64,000 nt of DNA from Gammaproteobacteria bacterium (GTDB lineage: Bacteria; Pseudomonadota; Gammaproteobacteria; UWMA-0217): contig JALSHZ010000063.1 of NCBI GenBank assembly GCA_026981985.1, positions 2,069 to 66,068 on the forward strand. The letters are read 5' to 3'. Shown in pieces: positions 22,831-34,548 of this stretch (positions are counted from its first letter, which is position 1; every line of letters starts with the position of its first letter). The translations under genes were made by a program, and so were the position numbers. The notes beneath the pieces were generated by a model. That model did no database searches, was not told the origin of the DNA, and saw only the letters and a list, made by a program, of their open reading frames with translations.

Positions 22831-23189
22831 TGTTCTGACCGTCTATTACGATAGACTGGTTTCTCATGCGACCGGCTTGTTTTGTGAGGGCGATCATTTC
22901 CGTAGCGGTGGAAATGCTATAAGCACGGCAAATTCCCCCATTAAAAGTTACGAATAGGGCGGGTTCAGGCCTTGTGGCATGATGTGACCACTTTATCCGG
23001 AGGGCTACGCACCGATTTGTGGTGACGGTGGTTCACCATCCGGATCCGACCAGAGCAATCACGATGATTTCAGATACTGTTTCAGGCGGTTTGCACCTCC
23101 GCATGCGTATAGGTGTAAACGTATGAGCACCGGCTTGATCAGCATGGTCAGGCATACCGCAGCCTGCTGGGCTGCTCACAACATTCTGC

Positions 23190-23225
23190 AAAAAAACCCC
23201 TGTCCGCTGGACCGGGGTTTTTTTT
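23190..23225 (+). terminator. Terminator-like hairpin in the hppA leader (possible attenuator)
   Basis: AAAAAAACCCCtGTCC-gct-GGACcGGGGTTTTTTTT, ending 37 nt before the hppA ATG. Confidence 0.75.
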
Positions 23226-23262
23226 GCGCCAATTTTTTTCCAATGAAGAATAGGAGGTTACG

Positions 23263-25278
<2,016 letters not shown>

Positions 25279-25477
25279 GCGTTGTTAAGGCAACATCACT
25301 GCGGGAGCAGGAATGCTCCCGTGTTGTTATGGGGCTGGTTTTGTATTTCGGGAAATATTCCTTATTCAGTCACTTTATAGTCGTGCCTGCACTGGGCGTG
25401 TTCCGTCAGCGCCTTACCGGATCTATCCAGCAAGAAGCCGGTTTCCACCACAACACCTGTAAAGAGAGGGCAATACA

Positions 25478-25933
25478 TTGATAGTCAAAGAAATCATGAA
25501 TTCTGATATCAAATCCATCAAACCGGATAGCATGGTACGCGACGTTGCGATGGTCATGTGTCTGCAAAAAATTAGCGGGATGCCGGTGGTCGACGAAGGC
25601 AATAATCTCGTGGGCATCATTTCCGAAAAGGACATCTTGCAGCACATGTTTCCAAACATCGACGAAGCAATGACTATGGATTCGAAGCCGGACTTCGAAG
25701 AAATGGAGAAGCGCTATGCCGAAACGCTTGGCATGAAAGTGTCGGAACTGATGACGAAGAACGTGGCCACCGTCTCGGCAGACATGCCCTGTCTGAAAGC
25801 AGCGTCGATGATGTGGTTACGCAAGATTCGCCGTATCCCAGTGACCGAAGGAACAAAGCTGGTTGGCATCGTGAGTATCGGCGACGTGCATCGCTCGATC
25901 TTCCAGCAACAGCTGGTCGATCAGGCAACCTGA
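25478..25933 (+). CDS. Stand-alone CBS-pair protein
   Basis: ISGMPVVD...LVGIISEKDI and IRRIPV...LVGIVSIGDV; TTG start with AGAGGG upstream. Confidence 0.88.
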   Translation: MIVKEIMNSDIKSIKPDSMVRDVAMVMCLQKISGMPVVDEGNNLVGIISEKDILQHMFPNIDEAMTMDSKPDFEEMEKRYAETLGMKVSELMTKNVATVSADMPCLKAASMMWLRKIRRIPVTEGTKLVGIVSIGDVHRSIFQQQLVDQAT

Positions 25934-25963
25934 TACCTTCTCTGGTCTGCGCCGATGGATGTG

Positions 25964-25992
25964 AAAAGCCACCATGATTTGGTGGCTTTTTT
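25964..25992. terminator. Bidirectional terminator between the CBS gene and hemC
   Basis: AAAAGCCACCA-tgatt-TGGTGGCTTTTTT. Confidence 0.8.
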
Positions 25993-26019
25993 ATTTTGTT
26001 GCCTGAGTCCGCGTGAACC

Positions 26020-26946
26020 TTACGCGTCGGGAAGGTTTCTCAAGATGGCTTCTGCGCCATTGACAAGCAGCTCCTCGGCGAGGGATACGCCCATCGCTTC
26101 AGCTTGGTCCATTGTGCCACGGCGTTCGCCGCTGATGACTGTCTGGCCATTGAGGCTGGCCACCAGGCCGCGCAGCCAGAGTTCGTTGTTCTCCAGCACC
26201 GCATAGGCCGCGATCGGTACTTGGCAGCCGCCTTCGAGACGATGGTTGAACGCACGTTCTGCGCTGACACGGATGAAGGTTGGCTCGTCTTTTAGGAAAG
26301 CGATCAATGCCATTGTGTCAGCATCGTCCTCACGGCACTCGATGCCGACGGCACCCTGGCCGACGGCGGGCAGAATGGTCTCTGCCGCAATCGTATGGCG
26401 AATACGATCTTCCAGTTTCAGTCGAACCAGGCCGGCGGCAGCAAGAATGATGGCGTCGAACTCGCCGCTGTCGAGCTTGGAAAGACGCGTCTGCACGTTG
26501 CCGCGCAGGCTCCGAATCTCCAGATCAGGGCGTTGCTGCAACAGCTGGCTTGAACGCCGGAGGCTGGAGGTGCCGACTCTGGCGCCTTGTGGCAGTGCTT
26601 CGAGTGTTTCGTATTGGTTGGAAACAAAGGCGTCGAAGGGCGTTTCACGCTCGCAGATGACGGGCAGTGCAAACCCGGGTGGCAGATCCATCGGCACATC
26701 TTTCATCGAGTGGACGGCAATATCGGCATCGCCGGCCAGCATGCCTTGTTCCAGCTCCTTGACGAACAGGCCTTTGCCGCCAATCTTGGCCAGTGGCGTA
26801 TCAAGAATCTTATCGCCCTGCGTTGTCATTGTTACCAGCTCGACATCGAGATCGTTGTGCTCGGCCAGCAGGCGATCCTTGACGTAGTTTGCCTGCCAAA
26901 GGGCGAGCGGGCTTTTGCGAGTGGCGATTTTGAGGTTTCTCTTCAT
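26020..26946 (-). CDS. hemC: Porphobilinogen deaminase
   Basis: [39 protein letters not shown]. Confidence 0.98.
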   Translation of the reverse strand: MKRNLKIATRKSPLALWQANYVKDRLLAEHNDLDVELVTMTTQGDKILDTPLAKIGGKGLFVKELEQGMLAGDADIAVHSMKDVPMDLPPGFALPVICERETPFDAFVSNQYETLEALPQGARVGTSSLRRSSQLLQQRPDLEIRSLRGNVQTRLSKLDSGEFDAIILAAAGLVRLKLEDRIRHTIAAETILPAVGQGAVGIECREDDADTMALIAFLKDEPTFIRVSAERAFNHRLEGGCQVPIAAYAVLENNELWLRGLVASLNGQTVISGERRGTMDQAEAMGVSLAEELLVNGAEAILRNLPDA

Positions 26947-27095
26947 GGTCTTGGCGGCCGGGCTGGCAGATTGGGAAAGGGCGCATCTTACCGGCTGGAG
27001 GCGCTCCAGTCAGCAAATTACAAAGGATTGGTTCGAACCCCGAGTGGGGTGGGATAACAGCATGGCGGCAGACTGATGCCCGCCGCCAATATCGG

Positions 27096-28349
27096 TTAGA
27101 TCTCGAAAGGATCGAGCTTTTTGGGCATGGTTTCGTTTTTCATCGTGGCGTATTTAGGCATGCCTTTGTCGTCATAAGCAGGGTAGTCTTCGCCGGAAAT
27201 CAGCGGGTAGAGATACTCCTTGCAGGCGTCGGTGATGCCAAAGCCATCTTCGGTGATGAAGTCCTTGGGCATCATTTTTTCGACGTTGGCGACCTCGGAC
27301 AGCGGGGCTTCGCCAATGCTCCATTTGTACGGGCTCGATGATTCGCGCACAACGGTGGGCATGATGGAATTCTTGCCTTCGAGTGCTTTTTCGACCGCAG
27401 CCTGTCCCAGTGCATAGGCCTGCTCGACGTCAGACTTCGACGCAAGATGGCGTGCGGCGCGTTGCAGGTAGTCAGCGACGGCCCAGTGGAATTTGTAGCC
27501 GAGCGCGTCCTTGATCATGTTGGCGACCACGGGTGCTGCGCCGCCGAGCTGGGCATGGCCAAAGGAATCGCGTGTGCCTTGTTCAGCGAGGAATTTTCCG
27601 TCGGGCCAGTGACAGCCTTCGGACAGCACGATCGTGCAGTAGCCGTGTTCTTTGACCTTGGCATCGACGGTGGCGAGGAACTTCTCTTGGTCGAACTCGA
27701 TCTCCGGGAACAGCGTGACGACCGGAATACCGTAGTCTTCTACCAGCGCGCCGGCAGCAGCGATCCAGCCTGCGTGACGTCCCATGACCTCGATGACGAA
27801 GATCTTGGTAGATGTCTTGGCCATTGAGCGCACGTCATACGAGGCTTCCAGTGTGGAGACAGCGATGTATTTTGCGACCGAACCAAAGCCGGGGCAGTTA
27901 TCGGTGATTGGCAGATCGTTATCGACCGTTTTGGGTACATGGATCGCCTGGACAGGGAAGCCCATCTTTTCAGACAGCTGGGATACCTTGTAGCAGGTAT
28001 CGGCCGAATCGCCGCCGCCGTTGTAGAAGAAGTAGCCGATGTCATAGGCTTTGAAGACTTCGATCAGGCGTTCGTATTCACGCTTGTTGTCTTCCAGGCT
28101 CTTGAGCTTGAAGCGGCAGGAGCCAAAGGCGCCGGAGGGGGTGCTGCGCAGTGCGGCAATGGACTCGTCGGACTCCTGACTGGTGTCGATCATCTCTTCG
28201 GTGAGCGCGCCGATGATACCGTTGAGACCGGCGTAGACGGTACCGATCTTGTCGGGGTGCTTGCGCGCGGTTTCGATAACGCCGCAGGCGGAAGCATTGA
28301 TAACGGCGGTGACGCCGCCGGATTGTGCATAGAAAGCATTCTTGGGCAT
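27096..28349 (-). CDS. pfp: Pyrophosphate-dependent 6-phosphofructokinase (Methylococcus-type)
   Basis: YAQSGGVTAVIN; NGGGDS (Asp at the PPi-specificity position) and PKTVDND (Lys); EVMGRHAGW. Confidence 0.88.
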   Translation of the reverse strand: MPKNAFYAQSGGVTAVINASACGVIETARKHPDKIGTVYAGLNGIIGALTEEMIDTSQESDESIAALRSTPSGAFGSCRFKLKSLEDNKREYERLIEVFKAYDIGYFFYNGGGDSADTCYKVSQLSEKMGFPVQAIHVPKTVDNDLPITDNCPGFGSVAKYIAVSTLEASYDVRSMAKTSTKIFVIEVMGRHAGWIAAAGALVEDYGIPVVTLFPEIEFDQEKFLATVDAKVKEHGYCTIVLSEGCHWPDGKFLAEQGTRDSFGHAQLGGAAPVVANMIKDALGYKFHWAVADYLQRAARHLASKSDVEQAYALGQAAVEKALEGKNSIMPTVVRESSSPYKWSIGEAPLSEVANVEKMMPKDFITEDGFGITDACKEYLYPLISGEDYPAYDDKGMPKYATMKNETMPKKLDPFEI

Positions 28350-28430
28350 ATTGATACCTCTGAAATTCGGGTGTATGGCAACAAACAGCACGGAGCCAGC
28401 ACCATGCGCTGGCTCCGGTTGTGCTGATGA

Positions 28431-29621
28431 TCAGCTGTTGAGGCTCTGATAGTAGTCCATCAGGATCTTGGCCACTTCTGGGCGGGAGAACTCTTTTGGC
28501 GGGGCGATGCCCTGGCCGAGCATTTCGCGAACCTTGGTGCCGGACAGCAGGACGAAGTCTTCCTTGGTGTGATCGGGTGCTTCACACATCATCACCACCT
28601 TGTTGAGCTTCTTCGAGTAGGCTGTGTGGTCGGCACGGAAGATCTCGATATCGAGTGCGCCTTCGGGAACTTCTTCATCGAAGATTGTCTGCGCATCGAA
28701 AGCGCCGTAGTAATCGCCAACACCGGCATGGTCGCGACCGATGATGAAATGGGTTGCGCCCATGTTCTGACGGAACAGGGCATGCAGAACCGCTTCGCGC
28801 GGCCCGGCATACAGCATGTCGAAACCGTAACCAGAGATGATGACGCTGTTGGGCGGGAAGTAGAGTTCGACCATCTTGCGGATAGCGGCATCACGTACAT
28901 CGGCCGGGATGTCGCCTGGCTTCAGCTTGCCGAGCAGCATGTGAATGACGAGGCCATCGGCGCCGATGCGATCCATGGCGATATGGCAGAGTTCCTCGTG
29001 GGCGAGGTGCATCGGGTTGCGGGTCTGGAAGGCGACGACCTTGTTCCAGCCACGCTGCTCGATTTCGTTACGGATTTGCACTGCGGTGCGGAAGGTATCG
29101 GGAAAATCTTTCTCGAAATAGGAGTAGTTCAATACCTGGATCGGGCCGGAGATGGCAAAACGACCGACGGACATGAATGCGGCTACACCGGGGTGCTCCA
29201 TGTCGGTGGTGCGGTAGACCTTTTCGGCAATGACGTTCATGTCGTCATCGGAAAATTCCTCGATGGCTTCCACGTCCATCACGGCCAGTACAGGATGGCC
29301 TTCGACGTTGGGGTCACGCAATGCAACGCGCTTGGCACCTTCGATGGGAGACGGGTCCTCGACCATGTTCAGCACCGGGGTAGGGAAGAACACGCCGGAG
29401 GTGGTGTGCATGTTATCGGCGACGTTGAGCGCGTCGGCGCGGTTCATGTAGCCAGTCAGTGGGTTGAAATAACCACCACCGAGCATGACGGCGTTGCCGG
29501 CAGCGGCCGAGCTGATGATGATTGAAGGCAGTGATTCCGCCTCCTTGGCAAGTGCCTCACGAGCCGCATCGTCGGCGACGTAAAGTGGATTCAGTGTATC
29601 GGAGCCATGTGGCTTGATCAT
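28431..29621 (-). CDS. sat: Sulfate adenylyltransferase (dissimilatory-type ATP sulfurylase)
   Basis: MIKPHG, VVAFQTRNPMH, YAGPREAVLHA, HFIIGRDHAGVG, LSGTKVR; GGAGG RBS. Confidence 0.97.
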   Translation of the reverse strand: MIKPHGSDTLNPLYVADDAAREALAKEAESLPSIIISSAAAGNAVMLGGGYFNPLTGYMNRADALNVADNMHTTSGVFFPTPVLNMVEDPSPIEGAKRVALRDPNVEGHPVLAVMDVEAIEEFSDDDMNVIAEKVYRTTDMEHPGVAAFMSVGRFAISGPIQVLNYSYFEKDFPDTFRTAVQIRNEIEQRGWNKVVAFQTRNPMHLAHEELCHIAMDRIGADGLVIHMLLGKLKPGDIPADVRDAAIRKMVELYFPPNSVIISGYGFDMLYAGPREAVLHALFRQNMGATHFIIGRDHAGVGDYYGAFDAQTIFDEEVPEGALDIEIFRADHTAYSKKLNKVVMMCEAPDHTKEDFVLLSGTKVREMLGQGIAPPKEFSRPEVAKILMDYYQSLNS

Positions 29622-29789
29622 GTTCAACCTCCATCAGAAATGGCGAAAAAGGAAACGCTTGGCGTTTTCCGACAGCCTGTCGGCCGGCCGCAAAAAGTGC
29701 CGTATGCAGAAAAAAAACCCGCGTGATTGTGGACGATTTGGCGTTTTATTGCCAGATGAATGGGCTTATCAAGGTATAAGTCTGGCTGA

Positions 29790-30404
29790 TTATGGTTTGG
29801 CTGTGTCACCGTCTGCAAAGCGCCTGATCGTACGGGCGATCTGGCGGGAAAAGCGTGCCAGCGCCCGACTTTGGGCGGCGACGTAGGCGCTATAGTCCTG
29901 CCCCTCGACCGGCTCGCGAATCAGTGTTTGCTCAGCTGCCAGCTCCTTCCGCCCCTTGCGGCTGAGCAGTTGCCAGCGGGCACGCAACAGCACGTGCTTG
30001 CCGAGTTCGCCATCGAAGCGTGAGATACTGATACGCACTTGGTAGTCGGGGCGCAGGCGGCTTTCCCAGGGATAGGTGTAGATCTGGTTGGAACCGAGCA
30101 GCACCACGAGGTTATCGGCGAGGATACGCAAAAAGTCGTCATCGAAACGCCCGGCCCATTGGTGAAAATCAGCGACGTTGATTTTATTGTCATGCTCCCG
30201 TGTCACCACTTGCGGGCGTTGCAGCACCTTCGGGAAGTCGAGCGGGCCTATGCCCACCCGCACCGGCGGGTGCAATCGTTGGCTCGGGTTGTCAGCGATG
30301 GTTGCGTTGAGTGCATAGAAATGCGTTGGCGCTTCATGCACGGCACACGCCGAGACGACGGCGGCCAGCGCGGCAGGTAGTAGTCGTTTCAGTGGGCTTT
30401 TCAT
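29790..30404 (-). CDS. pqiC: PqiC-like lipoprotein
   Basis: Lipobox VSAC; LQRPQVV, HQWAG, ISRFDG; follows pqiB. Confidence 0.85.
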   Translation of the reverse strand: MKSPLKRLLPAALAAVVSACAVHEAPTHFYALNATIADNPSQRLHPPVRVGIGPLDFPKVLQRPQVVTREHDNKINVADFHQWAGRFDDDFLRILADNLVVLLGSNQIYTYPWESRLRPDYQVRISISRFDGELGKHVLLRARWQLLSRKGRKELAAEQTLIREPVEGQDYSAYVAAQSRALARFSRQIARTIRRFADGDTAKP

Positions 30405-32068
30405 GGTGTTTCCAGGCTCTTGCCGTAGAGCAAGGCATTGGGGTGGCGTTCGAGATAGTCCGTCAGTGCTTCGAAGGAGTTCACGGCTGAAGAGAGCTGG
30501 TCGATCAAGCGACGAATGTCATATACCAGCGGTGAATCCTCGGACAACGTGGTATCGGCGGTGGCGAGGGTCTTCTCAAGTTGCTGTAGCGTACTGGCCA
30601 CTTGCTGTGACAGTTCCGGCACGCTGCGGTTGAGCTTGTCGCTGATCTCGTTGGTATTGGCCAGCAATTGCCGCAGGTCGGACATGGCTTGTTTGGATTC
30701 GCCCGATGCCAGCATCTGCTTTAGCTCTCGAATCGTGACGCTCAGGTCGTTGGCAATCTCCACGAAGGGAATCTCGCCGGCCTTGTCGAGCAGGTCGGTG
30801 ATGTTGCGGGTGATTTTATCGAGCGCACCTGGCACGGTGGGAAAAGCGCGGAACGGGCCGTTTTGTGCGATGGTGGCGGCGGGTACGTTGTCGTGGAAAT
30901 CGAGGTCGACGTAGAGTTGCCCGGTCAGTAGGTTGCCGGGGGCAAGCTGGGCGCGCAGGCCGCGTTGCACCAGTGTTTCCAGCACCAGCTCGGTGCTGCC
31001 GATCTCACCGGTGACGGTGATCAGGTCGGGGTGCAGGGCGATCAGTACCGGGATCTTCACTTCCAGGCTGCGGTGATCCATCTGCAAGTCGATGTCGATC
31101 ACTTCACCGACTTTGATGCCGCGAAACTCCACTGGTGCATTGATGGCCAGGCCGCGAATCGAGCTGTCGAAATAAAGTACGTAGTATTCGGTCAGCGCCC
31201 AGGCCTTGTTCTCGATGCTTTCCCGGTCTGGCAGCAGGGCAAATCGTTCGCCGCCTTCGGTCGGTGCACCGGCTTCGAGATTGAGCGGTGTATCGACGGC
31301 AATGCCGCCGGTCAGTAGCGATGCGAGGGATTCCAGTCTGGCACTGACACCGTCAGCGGTGAGCTTGAGATCGAAGCCGCTGGCGTTCCAGAAGCGGCTG
31401 TTTTTGCGGATCAACTTGTCGTATGGGGCGTTGATGAAGATATTGATGACCACGGAGCGACCGTCGCTGTCGAGGTGATACCCCGTCACCTCGCCGACCT
31501 GTATCTGTCGATAGTAGATACCTGAGCCGATATCGAGGGAGCCAAGGCTATCGGCAGTGAGTACATAGCGTTTGCCGTCGGCATCTGACTGCACGGCCAC
31601 AGCCTCGTCGAGCCCCATGTAATGGCTCATTGCCGATCCGTCGCCCTTGCCGGGGTCCATTGCGATGTAGATACCGGAGATCAGGGTGTTGAGCCCGGAG
31701 ATGCCTTTCGGGTTGATGCGCGGGCGAACGATCCAGAAGCGAGTCTCATCATTGAGGTGAGTGCCAATCGACTTTTTCAGTTCCACCGTGACTTTGACCC
31801 GGCTGAGGTCGTGGTTGAGTTCGATGCGCTTGACCTTGCCAACCTCGACATCCTTGTAACGCACCCGGGTTTTGCCCGGCTCCAGCCCTTCGGCATCGGT
31901 GAAGCTGATGACAATGGTCGAACCCTTGTCGTTGAAGGATTTCCAGATCAGCCAACCGCCGATCAGCAGGGCGATGATCGGAACCAGCCAGACCAGTGAA
32001 AAACGGTTGTTTTCGCTGATGATAGCTTCGGGCAGTTGCTCGGGGCCGAGTTCAGTCATTGCAGGCAT
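30401..32068 (-). CDS. pqiB: PqiB, three-MCE-domain intermembrane transport protein
   Basis: SLVWLVPIIAL, EGLEPGKTRVRYKDVEVG, RFWIVRP, GLRAQL..GNLLTGQLYV. Confidence 0.93.
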   Translation of the reverse strand: MPAMTELGPEQLPEAIISENNRFSLVWLVPIIALLIGGWLIWKSFNDKGSTIVISFTDAEGLEPGKTRVRYKDVEVGKVKRIELNHDLSRVKVTVELKKSIGTHLNDETRFWIVRPRINPKGISGLNTLISGIYIAMDPGKGDGSAMSHYMGLDEAVAVQSDADGKRYVLTADSLGSLDIGSGIYYRQIQVGEVTGYHLDSDGRSVVINIFINAPYDKLIRKNSRFWNASGFDLKLTADGVSARLESLASLLTGGIAVDTPLNLEAGAPTEGGERFALLPDRESIENKAWALTEYYVLYFDSSIRGLAINAPVEFRGIKVGEVIDIDLQMDHRSLEVKIPVLIALHPDLITVTGEIGSTELVLETLVQRGLRAQLAPGNLLTGQLYVDLDFHDNVPAATIAQNGPFRAFPTVPGALDKITRNITDLLDKAGEIPFVEIANDLSVTIRELKQMLASGESKQAMSDLRQLLANTNEISDKLNRSVPELSQQVASTLQQLEKTLATADTTLSEDSPLVYDIRRLIDQLSSAVNSFEALTDYLERHPNALLYGKSLETP

Positions 32069-32693
32069 CCCAGATCAGGCGTGGATCGAAGCGATGGGCA
32101 GCAAACATCGTCAGCACGACGACGGCAGCAAACGACAGCGAACCAATGCCCGGTTCGATGCTTGCCAGAGAACCGAATTGCACCAGCGCCGCGAGAATGG
32201 CGATGACGAAGATATCCACCATCGACCAGCGGCCAACGAACTCGGTGAGGCGGTACAAGCGGGTGCGATCGACCAGGCGCCAAGTCGATTTGCGCTGTAC
32301 CGAGATCAGCAAAAAGGCGAGCACCACCATTTTCAATAGTGGAATGAAGATACTGGCCACGAAAACGATCAGTGCCAGTGGCCACATGCCTTCCTCGATC
32401 AGCTGGACAACCCCTTCGAGAATGGTCGCCGGCTCCCCCTTGCCAAGCCAGACGACACTCATGATCGGATAGACGTTGGCGGGAATGTACAACACGATCG
32501 CGGCAATCAGATAGCACCAAGTATCGCGGATACTGCCGGGAATGCGGGAATGGATATGCGCGCCACAGCGTGGGCATTCGATCCGTCCATGCGAGTTGGT
32601 TGGTCTGCATGCCAGCGCATGACAAACATGGCAGGAGATCAGCCCCGCCTCGGCTGCGGTCAACGTTTGCATTGTCGATCCAGTCGATGCCAA
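32052..32693 (-). CDS. pqiA: PqiA family protein (second half-gene)
   Basis: CHVC/CPRC zinc ribbon; YIPANVYP; GRWSMVDIFV; FDPRLIWD. Confidence 0.9.
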   Translation of the reverse strand: MASTGSTMQTLTAAEAGLISCHVCHALACRPTNSHGRIECPRCGAHIHSRIPGSIRDTWCYLIAAIVLYIPANVYPIMSVVWLGKGEPATILEGVVQLIEEGMWPLALIVFVASIFIPLLKMVVLAFLLISVQRKSTWRLVDRTRLYRLTEFVGRWSMVDIFVIAILAALVQFGSLASIEPGIGSLSFAAVVVLTMFAAHRFDPRLIWDACND

Positions 32694-33322
32694 ATCAGCT
32701 GTGGGTCAAGGGAGATGGAGAGTGCTGCCAGCACGACGATCAACAGGCTGAAGGCGTACATCGCCGGGCCCGGAATAACGGTTGCGATGTCCCCCAGTTT
32801 CACCACGGCGACGAGTGTGGCAAGCATGAAAATCTCCAGCATGCCCCAGGGTTCGGTGCTTTGCAGATAGCGAAATACGTGGATGCTGAAACGTGGCCGC
32901 TTACCAAATTTCAGGGGGGCTAGCAAATACAGTATTGCCAGCAGGCTGAACAGCGGGAAAAGAAATGTCGTGGCGAACACCAGCAGTCCAAGAAAGATGT
33001 TGCCCTCTTGCCATAGGATCATGCTGCTCGACAACAGGCTGCTGTCCTGCACCCGCCCTTGCGCATTGAGCGCGAGAAATGGGAGCAGGTTGCTGACGAA
33101 AAACAGTAGCAGACCGGAAACCGCCAGCGCCAGACTGCGGTCGAGACTATTACGGCTATAGCGCTGGAGCGTGGCGCCGCAGCGGGCGCAGTTGACCTTG
33201 CCAGGGCTGCGAATGGCTGGTAACCGCTGCAGCAGATCGCAGTCATGGCAGGCAATCAGTGTCGTGTTGTAGGAATTTGTCATCAGAGACGGTTTATCGG
33301 TTGAGGCTTCTGATCGAAGCAA
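32660..33322 (-). CDS. pqiA: PqiA family protein (first half-gene); start uncertain
   Basis: ACHDCDLL, CARCGA; PWGMLEIF; VAVVKL. Confidence 0.88.
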   Translation of the reverse strand: MLRSEASTDKPSLMTNSYNTTLIACHDCDLLQRLPAIRSPGKVNCARCGATLQRYSRNSLDRSLALAVSGLLLFFVSNLLPFLALNAQGRVQDSSLLSSSMILWQEGNIFLGLLVFATTFLFPLFSLLAILYLLAPLKFGKRPRFSIHVFRYLQSTEPWGMLEIFMLATLVAVVKLGDIATVIPGPAMYAFSLLIVVLAALSISLDPQLIWHRLDRQCKR

Positions 33323-33500
33323 GTATAGCCTGATGAGGCAGGAGAACGCGCAGTTGCCCTTGTTTCGCAGTGCCCGCCGAATACTTGCTGCTTGAGTAAT
33401 ACGGCATATTCTAACTTGATGAGATGATGGCGCCTGCCAAGTAATAATGCTTCAATGAAAACGATTATTAACGGTGTCTGTGAATAATAGGTTCTTGGTT

Positions 33501-34268
33501 ATGAAACAAATGAACGTCATGATTGTCGGAGCGGCGTTGCTATTGCCCTTGACGAGTGGATCGATAGTGGCAGCGGGTGAGGATGAAAAGCTCGAATTCC
33601 CGCCACTGGTGCCTGATGAGGTGATTACTGGCGAGCTGCCGGCAAGCGCCGCAGTGGCGACTGACGCTGCGGTGGCGCCGACTGTTGTCGCAACCACGCC
33701 AGCGCCTGCGGTCGTAGCGCCGGTGGCGGCGCCGCAGCCACAGCAGGTGCCAGCGCAACAGAATTATTACCAGGGTTATCAGGGCTACCAGGCATATCCC
33801 GGATACCAGAATTATCAAAACTACCAGGGCTACTACCCCGGCTATTCATCCTATCCTGGTTATGGGTATCCCTATGGCTATGGGCAACCGGGATATGGCT
33901 ATGGTTATGGTGCGCCGACCCAAGGGTACTATGGTTACCGAAGACCTTCCCGAAAGTCCAGCGGCTGGGGTGATATGCCGTGGATGGGCGGTAGCTGGAC
34001 GGAAGGGCCGTGGAACAATGGCAAGTTCAGCCGTGGCGACTGGCTCGGTGGTGGGCCTTCGCGCTGGTTCAAGGGCGGAGACTTTCAGGACGGTTTCGCC
34101 GACATGTGGGATGACATGATTAACGCACCAGCTGAAATGGGAACAATGCCAGGAGGCTGGGAATTTCCAACGGTCAGCACCCCCAATCCGGTCGATGTGG
34201 GTGAGGAACTGGGTCGTGCGGCGCCAGAATTCGTTCAGGAAGTGCCGAACATGATTGACATCAAATAG
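33501..34268 (+). CDS. Exported Tyr/Gly/Pro/Gln-rich low-complexity protein, sulfur-globule-protein-like
   Basis: Signal peptide; A/P/V linker; YQG/YPG/GYG repeats; Trp/Gly-rich segment; non-repetitive C-terminus. Confidence 0.6.
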   Translation: MKQMNVMIVGAALLLPLTSGSIVAAGEDEKLEFPPLVPDEVITGELPASAAVATDAAVAPTVVATTPAPAVVAPVAAPQPQQVPAQQNYYQGYQGYQAYPGYQNYQNYQGYYPGYSSYPGYGYPYGYGQPGYGYGYGAPTQGYYGYRRPSRKSSGWGDMPWMGGSWTEGPWNNGKFSRGDWLGGGPSRWFKGGDFQDGFADMWDDMINAPAEMGTMPGGWEFPTVSTPNPVDVGEELGRAAPEFVQEVPNMIDIK

Positions 34269-34325
34269 GGTTTCTCTGTTGTCATCGACCGCGAGCGCGT
34301 TTTTCTGGAGCGCTCGCATCTTTCA

Positions 34326-34340
34326 TGGTATAAAGCGCGC
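34326..34340 (+). promoter_or_regulatory. Extended -10 promoter of rpsB-tsf
   Basis: TGGTATAAAGCGCGC matches the conserved gammaproteobacterial rpsB promoter with GC discriminator. Confidence 0.75.
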
Positions 34341-34364
34341 CCTCGCATTGTGCGAGAGCAAATT

Positions 34365-34444
34365 CACACACATGTCGTCACGATTGGCTGGGTGCCGCAC
34401 AACCAAAAGCGGTTGTCAGTCGGGGCATGTGGAGGTTTAACCCT
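34365..34444 (+). ncRNA. rpsB 5' leader (t44 / S2 autoregulatory RNA)
   Basis: CACACACATGTC...GGGTGCC...GGCATGTGGAGG.TAACCC pattern upstream of rpsB. Confidence 0.8.
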
Positions 34445-34548
34445 ATTGAAACAGACAGGCTCCTGGCTCGGACTCATCACGGGGTAGTGAGATGGTCCGG
34501 CGAGAAACCCGGGTTGGGGCGGCGTCCGTTTCGCATTGGAGAAATGTA

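Noticed and set aside
32052-33322. Split pqiA as a frameshifted pseudogene
   Set aside because: Each half has its own Cys ribbon and complete domain; two-gene pqiA is common
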